DNA of 64,000 nucleotides from Acinetobacter phage vB_AbaSI_3. Positions 64,000 to 64,000 of this stretch are shown here, piece after piece. The first letter of the stretch is position 1, and each line of letters begins with the position of its first letter. The stretch lies in sequence record PQ382034.1; one strand, 5' to 3'. The translations under genes were made by a program, and so were the position numbers. Under the pieces are notes generated by a model. It was not told the origin of the DNA and did not search any database. It worked only from the letters and a program-made list of their open reading frames with translations.

Positions 64000-64000
64000 A

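Noticed and set aside
1-64000. CRISPR arrays, rRNA, tRNA
   Set aside because: No short direct repeats with regular spacers and no rRNA-like conserved blocks. No tRNA-like structures were found on inspection of intergenic regions. T4 tRNAs lie in a different genome region.

Overview
This window looks like the early/replication arm of a T4-like (Tevenvirinae-type) myovirus genome. It is AT-rich, and almost every gene lies on the minus strand in a tightly packed, often translationally coupled chain (ATGA overlaps). The gene order follows T4: rIIA, rIIA.1, 39, dexA, dda, 56, 61, 41, 42, 43, regA, 62, 44, 45, rpbA, 46, 47, 55, nrdH-like, 49, nrdC. Gene 39 is a fused 605-aa form, and the gene 43 DNA polymerase is split into two cistrons about 2 kb apart. 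Accessory content is interleaved with this conserved backbone. A probable hydroxymethyl-cytosine glycosylation module sits around gene 42 (35.8-43.0 kb). It contains a KdsD-like arabinose-5-phosphate isomerase, a HAD phosphatase, a fused sugar-kinase/NDP-sugar pyrophosphorylase, a P-loop kinase and two paralogous GT-B glycosyltransferases. An island next to rIIA (2.6-7.5 kb) carries a glutathionylspermidine-synthetase-family ATP-grasp enzyme, a lipoprotein, an SMR efflux protein and RNA ligase 2. Between 16 and 34 kb lies a stretch of small ORFan genes, each preceded by a T4-type early promoter embedded in a stem-loop. This stretch includes a TARG1/DarG-like macrodomain, a DprA/SLOG-like protein, a Tpt1/ADP-ribosyltransferase-like mini-protein next to a nucleotidyltransferase-fold protein, and a membrane-anchored J-domain protein. 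A 126-bp GC-rich element carrying a middle-promoter-like motif occurs twice in inverted orientation 31 kb apart (16.15 kb and 47.53 kb), the second copy inside the split-polymerase insertion. No rRNA, tRNA or CRISPR array was recognised. Many intergenic hairpins with UUCG-type tetraloops on the coding strand look like T4-style terminators. All functional calls rest on remembered family motifs, not database searches.
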